From positions 16,278,948 to 16,342,947 of the forward strand of contig NC_092673.1 of assembly GCF_964355755.1 (NCBI RefSeq): a stretch of 64,000 bases of DNA, read 5' to 3'. Positions 1-14,400 of the stretch are shown in pieces. Source of the stretch: Antedon mediterranea (Eukaryota > Animalia > Echinodermata). The translations under genes were made by a program, and so were the position numbers. Each line of letters begins with the position of its first letter. Position 1 is the first letter of the stretch. The notes under the pieces were generated by a model that saw only the letters and a program-made list of their open reading frames with translations, was not told where the DNA came from and did not search any database.

Positions 1-2430
1 ACTTTCGGTACTGATTTTAACCACCTGATTTAACCCTATTTACTAATTAAATTAAGTTAGATAATTAGTTATTGACGATTAAAACGAATTTAGGTTCAAC
101 GATTTGCCCCAAAGAGGGGTGTTTTCCGATCGTGGTATACACTGTCTAATGGATGTCTATCTTGAAAAATACCCGCCACAAAAATGCGAGGAGGCTTCGC
201 ATTTTCCTATCTCCTCCTACGATAATTGTTTTTAATAGCTGAAAACCCGTTGAACAGCTAGAGTACAGCATCATAATGTTGAAGACAGGCCGATTTTCTT
301 TAAAAAATACTATTTTGATAGATTTAATATACGATTCTACAAATGTATTGATTTGCGATGAATGGAACATCCCAATCTCTCAGTCTGCCGGAGTTTAACA
401 CAAGTAGGTAAATTTATGAGCCCTTGGTTTAACATATACGGTAGGTAAATATATGGGCCCTTTGAGAATAAACTTGCAATACTTCGACAATACTGTAAAT
501 ACCTATTATTAACTATTGTTGGTCAACATTTGAATCAAACATTTCTAACTGTGAATGTTCGTACTGTTAAATGTAATATAAAAATATATACAAATAAACT
601 TTATTACTGAGATTGTGGATAGGCTCTACTGTTAGATATATAAACACATTATTATATACAAATAAACTTTATACTATAGACAGTTCCTTCTCAACGTTTG
701 TATTAATTAATAATTACCAAAAATATAAACGTCGTAGTGGTGTATATCGTGTACTTTAATATTTCAATCGATTATGACAGTGACAGTTTTAACAAAGTAT
801 TAAATCGCAAATGTTTTACTGTATTTAGATGTAGGCCTATATTATTTATAGGTCTATAAAACATGAAAGAAATATTTCGTTACTGAGTGGATAAAGAGTA
901 TATCTAAAAATTGTTCTTCTTTGTACCTATCCGCTTTCCCATCCCTCAACCCTAATGTTACATACAAAACACAAATTGGGTTTCTTTAAATGAGTCCAAA
1001 TCAAACATTTGGACTCATTTTGTGATAAGTTTCTCCTTCGGAAGTAATTCCCAGGGTGCTAATTTTAGTTGACTACACAAATCATCGTGTCTATTTATTC
1101 GTTTCTGTAAACGACAATGTATTATAGTCCTGCGGTACGTACATTTGAAATCGCCAGTTTTGTTACGCTGAAATTACTGTGTATTCGAGAACCATCTGTG
1201 AGTACGACCTAGATGGTACGCGAGCGAAGCGAGCGTACCATCTATATTTAATATTTTATGTGTTGTACTGTATGTATGTTTTATCGAGGGCCCTGAATGA
1301 TCAGTTCTATTAGGAACTGGATAGGCTACCCTCAGTAAATATGGTAATAAATAAATAAATAAAGACAAATTCTACATTCTAGGCTGATATTTACATTTTT
1401 AATTTTTTTACAATTAATATTTACAAAAGTGTAGCGTACACACATAATGGGGAACTAACGACTGGGGACAGTGGGCACGTTTTCTGGGCGTGCTTTAGTA
1501 GGACCAGAAAAGCGCCCTTATTGTAAGCCTTTAAAGGTGCAATTCCAGGTCTATATTGACAAAATTGTTTGACATCAGCCTAAACCATGGTGGGGCTTGA
1601 GTGATCTTTATTGTGTTTTGACAAACAGGTATAAAAACTAAATTGGTTACTGGTCATAAAACAGAATATAAATAAAAACATTCAAAAAGTTCAAAGCATA
1701 TTGAAAACTTACGATAGATGTTTTTAATCGCATTTCCTACTGCCTAATTCTGAATCATACCAGTTATTCATTTCAGGATTACTTTATTTTCACTTTACCC
1801 ATTGAAACCATGCTAATCAACTGTATGTTGCTAGAATTTCAACGATTTAGATTCAGGGTCGCTGTCAAAAAATGTCTATATGTTTGGATGAGTTTGAGTT
1901 CCACAATTTTTTTTAGGACATAATTTAAATTAATAACTGTAGTTGTTAACTGTATACATTATTATTATTATAGTATATTCAGAATGAATGATTTCTTGTA
2001 CACAGTCACCCACAAGTGTTTGTAAGGCTTTGTATCACACAGAGCCTTTATATAACCTTATATCATTGGAAAAAAAAAGCTATGACTTTAAATATAGTGT
2101 TTTTTATGAAAATATATAATATGTAATATTTTTGTTTTTTGCATTTTTTTAGATTTACCAAGAAATGTTGATGAGCAATTTCAAACACAATTTCAGAAAC
2201 AGACAAGTGACAAACAGAAAACAAAACTTCTTAAGCCAGAGAGTGGTAAGTTTAAGAATAAGAGCTGCTGTATGTTTTATGATTGTATCTATATATAATT
2301 AAACAGAATTGTGATTAAAATGGGATTTCAGTAAAGAGAGAATTAGACGCTAATGTTATTTAAAAAAACATTTCTGAGCGGTACTGCAAAAAGGCGAAAA
2401 GTGTGCAACTGATAACAAATAACAAATGGA
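1..2430 (+). repeat. Copy 1 of a near-identical segmental duplication (offset 10570)
   Basis: Matches 10571-13000. Differences seen by eye: the hairpin-loop inversion at about 1222-1232 and single-base changes at 1401 and 2301. Confidence 0.95.
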
Positions 2431-5400
2431 TAACAACATTATTAACTGACGATCTACAAACGATTCTGTAGTGTTTTTTTTCCAGGATAATATCATATAT
2501 AGATCTGGTTTCTTTTTTTATTGAAATAATGATTATATATTGTATTTGTTATAGGTAATGTTGAGACATCAAGACCAAATCTAGGTATGTTATATTAATT
2601 ATGGTAATGATGTAGATTAAGTCTGTTTTCACCGTGGCCAAAAGAACAGCATGAGCCAATACGTCTGAGGCAGATAATAGATGCAGGGGCTGCCAGCAGT
2701 TGATGGGACCCCAGCTCCCAGATGGTCTACCATCCAAGCTCCAACCGGTTCCAAAGTTGCTTAACTTTGGTGATCAGACAAGAAAACATGATAAGGCCGT
2801 ATCATATCATGTAGTGCATGAACTAAAAACAAAAAAACTGACTTCAATTTTTAGAATTTAATTTACCATCATTTCTATGGAAAATTCTACAATAAAGGGC
2901 AGCCTTAAGTACCATTTTGTCTGGCACTATTAGCTGGATTTACTTAACTTTGGTTATATTCCTAGCTGAACTCTTTCACTGCGTGTACCGGGTATAAACA
3001 AAATGTCGTTGAACTGCGTATACTCGGTATTACCGGGTATGAGAAATATTATTATTTATTTGTATTTTCCTATAATATATAGCACCCTCTATATTTTTTT
3101 TGATATTTGCAATTCATTAAAACTAATTTTTAGCACAACATGCGCCCTCTATAGTTGTTAATATCGTCTTGAAATTTCTATTTCAACTTGCGCCCTCTAT
3201 CACATGTTATTATTATTATAAACTTGTAATTAAAATTATTTTGACCTTGGAAAGTTATATTATTAGCTATAATAACACAAAAACACCCTCCAGTAATACC
3301 AATTTATGTTTTCACCCCTGTATGTTTGTGTTTGTGTGTGTGTGTGTGTGTGTTTGTGTGTGTGTCTGTGAACAGCCTTGAGGCCACAGTTTTTATCCAA
3401 TTCTCACCAAATTTGGCCACAATGATCTATGCCTCAAAAGCTTGGACGAGTTTGAATTTGAGGGTCAAGGTCATAGGTCAAGGTCACAACTAACAAAAAA
3501 CTATTTTACTGCCTATAGACCACAGTTTTTATCCGATTCTCACCAAACTTAGCTTTTTTGTATTATTTCACAAGATTCCAAATAAAACTACTTTTTCACA
3601 GATGTGCAAGATGGTTCAGTGACCTCTGCTTTACCACAGTCTGACATCCAAGGCAGTCAACAAGGTAGGATCCATTGGTTACATTTTAAAATAAAACTTA
3701 ATAGACATATTATAATAATAACTGAAACTGAAAATGTATAGTTATGTGACTCTCCAAAATGAACAACATGTATAACTCAAAAAATCAAAAGCTTTGTCAT
3801 TTAAATGTGCAATCTATAAATAACTGTCTTTTCTGTATTTTTGTTGAACAGAAGTAACAAAACAATTAGATTCATATTATAGTTCTACATACAATACAAC
3901 ACATACTGACATGACATTTTTTTACTAATATTCCAAAAAAATATTCCATCTTTGCAGATGAGCAAGATGATACAGAGATCACTACACAAGAAAATGAGCA
4001 AGGTACAGTATGATTCATTTTTGGCCATGATTACATGTATCTATTACAATTACTAACAACATTGAATTGAGCCAGAATTAATTACGTTAACCTGTTGAAA
4101 ATGGAAACATAACCACCACTAACCTATCAGTATCTTTTAATGTCAACAAAAACAAATAACTTTTCTGTATTTTTGTTGAAAAGAATTAACAAAGCAATTA
4201 ACATCAAATTCACTGAGTACTGTTAATGAAGAATTACAAACACAAATGAAGAAAGGGATGATTGAGGAACAGGAAAGAAAACTTGAAGCAGAGAGTGGTG
4301 AGTTAAGGATCATAAATTAATTTACTTTTTATTTTATTTCATCACCACACAAGTCAAGTCAGTTACAACGTTGAACAATAGAAAATGATGAATAGACATT
4401 TATTTAAACATATATAACTCAATCCAAATATCTTATGTCTTAAGCTGGCCTTTAATATACTGTTCAACATATACTAACAATAACTGTCTTTTCTGGATGT
4501 TTTTATTGACCAGAAGTGACAAAGCAATTTGCATCGGATTCATCAGATACTCTTAGTGATGAATTTCAAACACAAGTAGTGGAACAGGAAACTAAACCTG
4601 AACCAGAGAGTGGTGAGTCTCATAAAATATTAGTTGTGTTATTATATGGTTAAAATAACTTAAAATGTGATGTTATAGAATGGATTTTAGCTACATTTTT
4701 TTTTTATTTCAACATTTATAAAAAAAAGAATGTCTTTAAACAGAATTAGAAAAAAATACTAAATTCATACATTTAAACGATTGATAAGGTAAATGACTTA
4801 TTTAACTAATCTTTAAAACAACATGTCTTTTATTATTAGTCAAGAATAAAAGCTGATACACTGAACAATATCTCCATAAATACTGTCATGATATTTATAT
4901 ATAAGTTGCTGTGACACTTACAGGCCACCGTACTTTGATCACACAAACAAAACATATTCATTATGGTCGGCAATGTATTATCAGGGAAGAGTTAAATTAC
5001 AATTTAACTCTATTGTAATTTAAGGCCCTGTTCAGACCCATGGCGTTAGACCGTTTTAGCGTACGACGCTAAAAGAATGTGTGTCTGAACAGTTGGGGAT
5101 TAGCGTACAACGCGTCGTACAACGGTTGTAGCGTTGTAGTGGAAAACGGTTGATAGTACCGTTTTAGCGTACGACGCTACTGTAAGTCAACGTTGTATCC
5201 AATCAGAACGTTTCCTGTTATGACGCGAAACAATGTTTGACCTAGGCTGACATCTTGTATCGTCAATGTGTGAGATGGATTTCAATAACAAAAAGGCCAG
5301 AATAAATAAGGCCTAACTACACTACAAATACAACTGTTACAAAGGCTACAAACTACTATCAACTGATTACCATTATATTTTCTAACATATGACGTAAATA

Positions 5401-8400
5401 CATGCACCTTGTATTTAAACATAGGGACTACGATCCCATCCGCTTTTAGGCCTAGCTAGGCCTAGAGCCATTCACGCATTTCATTCAAGCTAAAAACTAG
5501 CGTGGGACATCAAGTCAGTCATTCATACAAGGCAGACTAGACTGGACAAGTTTAATGCTGAAAACCTCCTAACTCCTAAAAAAATCAGTAAACAAACAAG
5601 GGGAGATGTGTCCCTTTTATTAGCAAGTTAAGGGTTATTTTCAACCGACTGGACCAAAGAATATATATCTTTGACTGGACTGGATAGACTAATCACAATC
5701 ATTTTTTCTTCATCATTACGAGGTCTGCTTTATTTTCGTAACACAAGAGCCTGGGGAAAATGTTTTTTACTACAAACAAAATAAAAACAATAGAAACAGA
5801 AATTTGGCTTTACTATATTTTTCTTAAATAAATGCTGAGGTATGTTTTATTTACGGCAAATTTTGTCATAATTGTAGGGCTGAGATCTAGGCCTATATAC
5901 AGTGGAAATAATGATGAAAACACGCGAGTAAGAGCACATGAATATGCAACTAGAAACAACCTGGATGACGTACTTCCGTTGTAACAATAATCGTACGCTA
6001 TGGGCCGGGCCTGAACACCTCGTTTTTTTCTCTGCGGTTTGTAACGTGACCTTGATAGTAACGTTGTACGCTAAAACGGTCTAACGCCATGGGTCTGAAC
6101 AGGGCCTAACTCTTCCCTGGTATTATCAACAAACTTAAAAATAAGAGATAGTTCTCTATCCATTGTAAATAGAACAGTTTATATTTCATCAAAGAACGTA
6201 TTGTTAATCAATCTTATTTTGATATGCTTGCTCTATAAATTCAACAACAGAAATGATTGGTCAAAGCTCTCTGTGAAGCTGTCAACATCTTGAAATTAGC
6301 ATGCAACATACAAATACATTGCAAAATAATAACAAATTGATATTAACAATCAAATTAGGGTGTGATACATTGTGTAGGTCTATGGTACAGGGCTCAGGTG
6401 GCAGGCCTTTTAGGGTGTGGTACATTGTATAGGTCCATGGTACAGGGCTCAGGTGGCAGGCCTTTACTTTACTTGCCAACTAATGTTTATTTTTTTCTTG
6501 TATCAATTTTCTAGTTTTTTTATTGTAATATGGTCCTCTAATGCTATTTTTTGTAATATATTTATAGACCATAAATCAATTTTTAAAAATGAGGTTCTGC
6601 ACAGTGAAGTTATGGTTTTGTGGTTGATTGTGTTGAGTAATGAATAATCAAATGCTTGTGATATTTAATTCTTAATACTGATACTCATTTCAGATCTGCA
6701 GTTGCCAGAAAATGACAGGTAAGTAGTACTGTATAATGAGTGTATCACAGTATCTATACTGTTTATTTATACTCTCCAATACCATAGAGATAGACCAACA
6801 CCCTGCTAGTTAATTGTATGCCCTGAGATGATAGTCTGGAAGGGATATTATTACTATCACTTGTGTGTCTATCAGTTCATTTGTATATATTAATAACATA
6901 ACCTATTAATACAACCAAAGTTCAACCATAAAAATAGTGTTGAAACAATTATACACAAAATCAAGAATTATAACAAACATCAAAAGAACTTTTAAACCCA
7001 AATAATAATAATGAAACAATCCTGGTTTTATATAGAATTACATTCTGCATAAGCTTAACGGAGGATGGCAGACTTTTTGTCCTACCAATATTTTCAATTT
7101 CAGTAAGATATATGCCACACTTCCGTTTTGGCCGACAGACTCCTATATTTATACTTGTCTCCTTATGCTCCTGGTTTTATATTCTCCCGTATTACAAAGA
7201 TAACTGAACTTAATGTGTTGCTTTCTGCAATAAAATATAAAAAAAAGAAGCTCAAAACACATACAAATTTATGATATTTAAGTCATAATTTATTGATCCC
7301 CTTATTGAAGGGGATTCTTTTCGCATAGCCATCATGGTACCAATTGCTCCTTGCATTTCCTAATTTTGATAATAATACTGTAAAAAAGGGAGTGGGGAGG
7401 GGTTGCTAGAACCATAAAACCCTCCTGCTTACGAGTCTGTTATCCTTATTTTAGGGAGTGGGGAGGGGTTGCTAGAACCATAAAACCCTCCTGCTTACGA
7501 GTCTGAATCCTTATTATAGGGAGTGGGGAGGGTTTGCTAGACCATAAAACCCTCCTTCTTATGAGTCTGTTATCCTTATTATAGGGAGTGGGGAGGGTTT
7601 GCTAGACCATAAACCCTCCTTCTTACGAGTCTGTTATCCTTATTATAGGGAGTGGGGAGGGTTTGCTAGACCATAAAACCCTCCTGCTTACGAGTCTGTT
7701 ATCCTTATTATAGGAAGTGGGGAGGGTTTGCTAGAACCATACTTACTTACGAGTCTGTTATCCTTATTATAGGGAGTGGGGAGGGTTTGCTAGAACCATA
7801 CTTACTTACGAGTCTGTTATCCTTATTATAGGGAGTGGGGAGGGTTTGCTAGAACCATACTTACTTACGAGTCTGTTATCCTTATTATAGGGAGTGGGGA
7901 GGGTTTGCTAAAACCATAAAACCCTCCTGCTTACGAGTCTGTTATCTTTATTATAGTTTTACTAATGTGTACATATACATTTTTATTTTTAGCCTGAAAG
8001 AAAGCATACAGACATTTGTCAAAGGTAATTTCCTTAGTCTTATGTTGGTGAGTTAAGGATCATAAATGAATTTACTTTTTATTTTATTTCACCACCACAC
8101 AAGTCAAGTCAGTGTAATATAACGATATACTTTTATAATTAAGAAATTGACCTTTGTATCGGAATTCAAATAAGTTCACAAACTTGACCCAGAAAGTCCA
8201 GAGGAGAGTTTGTCCAGATGTTTTAATGACCATTTAGTTTACAATCGAATCCCTAAAGAATAACTTTGTGACTGTTCCCATCATAAAACAATTAGATATT
8301 GACAGTTTTTAGCAGAGATTGGACAGGGCCAATTCATCATTGTAACCTCCCCAGATAAGATCAATCACTCCCACTTAAACACCTCTGGATCAACTTAGGA

Positions 8401-11400
8401 CCAATCGTTACCCTCACAGATTACGTAGTGACATATGCAAATGAACCGAAGCCAATATACCCCCAAGTTTCAGAAGAGCCCAGACACACCTTACAGCCAC
8501 CTCACGGAGCACACACCTTACAGCCACCTCACGGAGCACACACCTTACAGCCACTTCTTCAGAAGCAGACCTACACACTTCACACCTCACTGACAGCATC
8601 ACTGATCCTCCGTTCCTTATCTATACTTATAGTTGTATATTGTACTGAAGTATTATACTGAATAAACAATATGTGTTACGACAGTTAAGCGAGTAAGAGT
8701 CTTCATTAGTACCTCAACACAACATTATATTACATCAGTTACAACGTTGAACAATAGAAAATGATCAATAGACATTTATTTAAACATATATAACTCAATC
8801 AAAATATCTTATGTCTTAAGCTGCTATATTAGCTATTATCTGATATCAATCTCCGGACTGAATTCTGCGAAATCTGCTGGACACGACGGTATTGATGGTA
8901 AGCTCGTTCGGGCGGCAGCCCCCATCATCGCACCTTTCCTCACACAGATTATTAAATACTTCCATCTCCAGTCAAAGCTTCCCTCTCTCGTGGAAAATTG
9001 GTAAGATTACTCCCATCTTTAAATCCGGTAACAAACATCTACCGGATAACTACAGACCTATATCTGTGTTACCTATCATGTCTAAAGTGATTGAGAAGGC
9101 CGTCGGTATGCAAGTACTGGAATATCTTTCTTCAAATAATCTTCTCTGCCCTAACCAATCTGGATTTCGTCCCACTTATTCTACACTCACTGCTATTACC
9201 AAAACTCATGACAGCTGGATCCACAGTATAAATGAAGGTAAAATCATTGGTTCAGTTTTTATTGATCTAAGGAAAGCTTTCGATCTAGTAAACTACGAAA
9301 TTCTGTTACGTAAACTTCTCTTTTATGGTTTTTCCGAATTGGCTGTGAAATGGTTTACATCCTATCTTTCTGGACGTCAGCAACATGTTTGTTATAAATC
9401 AACTATATCTTCATCTATTAATGTCAACGCTGGTATACCTCAAGGATCCAACCTTGGGCCACTGTTATTCTCCATATACATAAATGATCTCCCCAATTGT
9501 TTATCGTACTCTTCAATGGATATGTTTGCTGATGATACCATAATTTACAATTCTAGCGATAAGGTAGACGATATTGTAACCAATCTTAATTTTGACTTAG
9601 ATAAAATCGCCAATTGGCTAATTCTAGCTAATAGTCTAGCGCTCAATACTAAAAAAACTGAAGTGATGGTAATTGGAACGCCACAAAGGCTTTCTTTACT
9701 CGGGCCTATAAATGTTTCTATTAGCAACTTACCTATCAAACAGGTCACCCAACATAAGCATCTTGGCATCATTCTTGACCACCATCTTACTTTTATTCCG
9801 CACGTTGATAAGTTGTGCAACAAATTAAGTTCCTCTATCTCCATCCTCGCCCGAACTCGAAAATTTGTCCACCAAGCTACATCTCTTATGTTATACAATG
9901 CTCTTGTCTTACCTCATATTGACTATTGTTGTTCTCTCTGGGGCTCACGAGCACCACTCGTTGCTAAAGTCCAGAAACTTCAAAATAGAGCTAAAAGAGT
10001 TATCTTGAAAGTTCACCCTCATACCCCATCCCACCTTGTTGATAACACCATTTCTATCTCATCCGTTTCTCAACGTTATCAGTTTCAACTTGGTTGTCTC
10101 GCCTATCGGGCTTCCACCAACACCGTTCCGGATTACATCAGTCGCATGTTAACCAGGGCTCAGCCTGGAGGTCGACCTACTACCAGATCCATCTCTAATT
10201 GTAATTATATTATTCCTCGACCTTCTTTAGAGATTTTTAAACAATGTTTCAGTTATAAAGCGCCTATGTATTTTAATATGATTCCTAAAATCATTCGACA
10301 ATCTGAAAATGTTATTTCCTTTAAACGTGAACTTAAACAATTTATTTCCAGTTAATATTGTTCGTACTATGTATATATATATATATTTTTTTTTTTATCT
10401 GTCAACAATTTTAACTTTTATATGAATTTTATATAATCATTGTAAATTTTTAAGCCTTTAATATATTTTATGTCATTTGAATCTATATATAAATTTACGT
10501 AAGGGCAAAATTCGGTAAATCGCGCCTTACTTTTAGAATTTTTACTCGATGGTATATAAAGTTGGTTCGTACTTTCGGTACTGATTTTAACCACCTGATT
10601 TAACCCTATTTACTAATTAAATTAAGTTAGATAATTAGTTATTGACGATTAAAACGAATTTAGGTTCAACGATTTGCCCCAAAGAGGGGTGTTTTCCGAT
10701 CGTGGTATACACTGTCTAATGGATGTCTATCTTGAAAAATACCCGCCACAAAAATGCGAGGAGGCTTCGCATTTTCCTATCTCCTCCTACGATAATTGTT
10801 TTTAATAGCTGAAAACCCGTTGAACAGCTAGAGTACAGCATCATAATGTTGAAGACAGGCCGATTTTCTTTAAAAAATACTATTTTGATAGATTTAATAT
10901 ACGATTCTACAAATGTATTGATTTGCGATGAATGGAACATCCCAATCTCTCAGTCTGCCGGAGTTTAACACAAGTAGGTAAATTTATGAGCCCTTGGTTT
11001 AACATATACGGTAGGTAAATATATGGGCCCTTTGAGAATAAACTTGCAATACTTCGACAATACTGTAAATACCTATTATTAACTATTGTTGGTCAACATT
11101 TGAATCAAACATTTCTAACTGTGAATGTTCGTACTGTTAAATGTAATATAAAAATATATACAAATAAACTTTATTACTGAGATTGTGGATAGGCTCTACT
11201 GTTAGATATATAAACACATTATTATATACAAATAAACTTTATACTATAGACAGTTCCTTCTCAACGTTTGTATTAATTAATAATTACCAAAAATATAAAC
11301 GTCGTAGTGGTGTATATCGTGTACTTTAATATTTCAATCGATTATGACAGTGACAGTTTTAACAAAGTATTAAATCGCAAATGTTTTACTGTATTTAGAT

Positions 11401-14400
11401 GTAGGCCTATATTATTTATAGGTCTATAAAACATGAAAGAAATATTTCGTTACTGAGTGGATAAAGAGTATATCTAAAAATTGTTCTTCTTTGTACCTAT
11501 CCGCTTTCCCATCCCTCAACCCTAATGTTACATACAAAACACAAATTGGGTTTCTTTAAATGAGTCCAAATCAAACATTTGGACTCATTTTGTGATAAGT
11601 TTCTCCTTCGGAAGTAATTCCCAGGGTGCTAATTTTAGTTGACTACACAAATCATCGTGTCTATTTATTCGTTTCTGTAAACGACAATGTATTATAGTCC
11701 TGCGGTACGTACATTTGAAATCGCCAGTTTTGTTACGCTGAAATTACTGTGTATTCGAGAACCATCTGTGAGTACGACCTAGATGGTACGCTCGCTTCGC
11801 TCGCGTACCATCTATATTTAATATTTTATGTGTTGTACTGTATGTATGTTTTATCGAGGGCCCTGAATGATCAGTTCTATTAGGAACTGGATAGGCTACC
11901 CTCAGTAAATATGGTAATAAATAAATAAATAAAGACAAATTCTACATTCTAGGCTGATATTTACATTTTTTATTTTTTTACAATTAATATTTACAAAAGT
12001 GTAGCGTACACACATAATGGGGAACTAACGACTGGGGACAGTGGGCACGTTTTCTGGGCGTGCTTTAGTAGGACCAGAAAAGCGCCCTTATTGTAAGCCT
12101 TTAAAGGTGCAATTCCAGGTCTATATTGACAAAATTGTTTGACATCAGCCTAAACCATGGTGGGGCTTGAGTGATCTTTATTGTGTTTTGACAAACAGGT
12201 ATAAAAACTAAATTGGTTACTGGTCATAAAACAGAATATAAATAAAAACATTCAAAAAGTTCAAAGCATATTGAAAACTTACGATAGATGTTTTTAATCG
12301 CATTTCCTACTGCCTAATTCTGAATCATACCAGTTATTCATTTCAGGATTACTTTATTTTCACTTTACCCATTGAAACCATGCTAATCAACTGTATGTTG
12401 CTAGAATTTCAACGATTTAGATTCAGGGTCGCTGTCAAAAAATGTCTATATGTTTGGATGAGTTTGAGTTCCACAATTTTTTTTAGGACATAATTTAAAT
12501 TAATAACTGTAGTTGTTAACTGTATACATTATTATTATTATAGTATATTCAGAATGAATGATTTCTTGTACACAGTCACCCACAAGTGTTTGTAAGGCTT
12601 TGTATCACACAGAGCCTTTATATAACCTTATATCATTGGAAAAAAAAAGCTATGACTTTAAATATAGTGTTTTTTATGAAAATATATAATATGTAATATT
12701 TTTGTTTTTTGCATTTTTTTAGATTTACCAAGAAATGTTGATGAGCAATTTCAAACACAATTTCAGAAACAGACAAGTGACAAACAGAAAACAAAACTTC
12801 TTAAGCCAGAGAGTGGTAAGTTTAAGAATAAGAGCTGCTGTATGTTTTATGATTGTATCTATATATAATTTAACAGAATTGTGATTAAAATGGGATTTCA
12901 GTAAAGAGAGAATTAGACGCTAATGTTATTTAAAAAAACATTTCTGAGCGGTACTGCAAAAAGGCGAAAAGTGTGCAACTGATAACAAATAACAAATGGA
13001 GAGATTTTATTTATTATAAATAAAACAGTTGATTGTTTCCATTTAAAATACTGTAATAATGGAATGAAGCTAGTTTGCAGATTTATGGGGCATGCTTGCT
13101 TGATTTTTGCTTGATTGTTGATTTTTAGGTTATATGCATTATCATGCGATCACACGATTTCGCACGATTTAACGAAATCACGTTTGTAATCATATCTTCA
13201 CAAGCATGAATCACTTTTAAACAAAATTTGGTACTCATAAATTTCAGGTCATTATTTCATCATATGACAATACAATTACGTGCGTAGCGCACATAACGCA
13301 TGTGTACACGCGCTTAAAATTTCCAAAATTGTCAAAATTTATTTTCGATGAAATTACAGTACGTTTCAGGCAATTTTAAGCATTTAAATAATTGCGATGA
13401 GTGCACAGATTTTTGCACGCGCACTGCGCGTTAAACGTTAATGCGCACTCTTTTTGTCCGATTTCTGTTGTACAACCTTTCTTTAATAATATCATCATAT
13501 TTTATTCACTTTTCAACTCGAATTTGCGTTATATGAGCACGTCAAAAGTGACAGGCTACGCACGTGTAAGTTAACAAAATGGTGAAAATATGCTAAATTT
13601 TAAAAATAATATAGATCGTCAGAATGCTCGGGAACACATATTTTTTATTTCATTTTCTTGAAATGTATGTATCATATGTATGATTGATTTATGAAATTAA
13701 GAGTACAAAAGTTGATAAAGTCATCATTAATTGCATTTTAAATTTTTAAAAATGTATTTCGACAATCAAAAAATTATGACATTTTCTTAGGCCGATAACA
13801 AACTTTAACTTTCTTTCTTCAAAATAAAAGTTCATATATTAAAGTTAAAAGTATATAGTTTGACAGTGCATCATTTTTTAACATTTTTAAAGATGTCATC
13901 ATAGTAAAAAATACACGGAGGAATCTTTCTACAACTTTTAGTCAGTTGTGTATGGCTCGGTGGTCTGTGCTCGTGTCTATGGTATTCAAGGTACCGAGAT
14001 CGAGTCTCACATTGGGAAACGAAATAATATTTTTTTTATTATCCATATTGTTTGTTCAATTTTATTTTTTAGTGTATAGATTATACACATAATTTATAAT
14101 GAAATCTAGATAAAAAGTAAGTAATGTCTTTATTATTATGTAACAATGTGGTTAATGACATTATACGCAGAGGGATCTTTGATCGGATTGTGATACCGGC
14201 TATTGTATTCACGTTAGCAAGATCCTATATCTATATATAAGTTTATGTAAGGGCAAAATTCGATAAATCGCGGTTTATTTCTAGAATTTATACTCGATGG
14301 TATATAAAGTTGGTTCGTACTTTCGGTACTCATTTTAACCATCTGATGTAACCCTGTTTACTAATTAAATTGAGTTAAATAATTAGTTATTGACAATTAA

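Noticed and set aside
146-370. Identical 74-aa ORF found twice (also 10716-10940)
   Set aside because: Identity comes from the duplication; no domain is recognisable and the frame is not kept in the diverged third copy.
2713-2800. Functional 5S rRNA gene
   Set aside because: The 5' part is deleted or diverged and there is no 5S 3' end or terminator.
8428-8661. ORFs with HTLQPPHGA repeats
   Set aside because: They arise from a 27-bp repeat inside the solo LTR.
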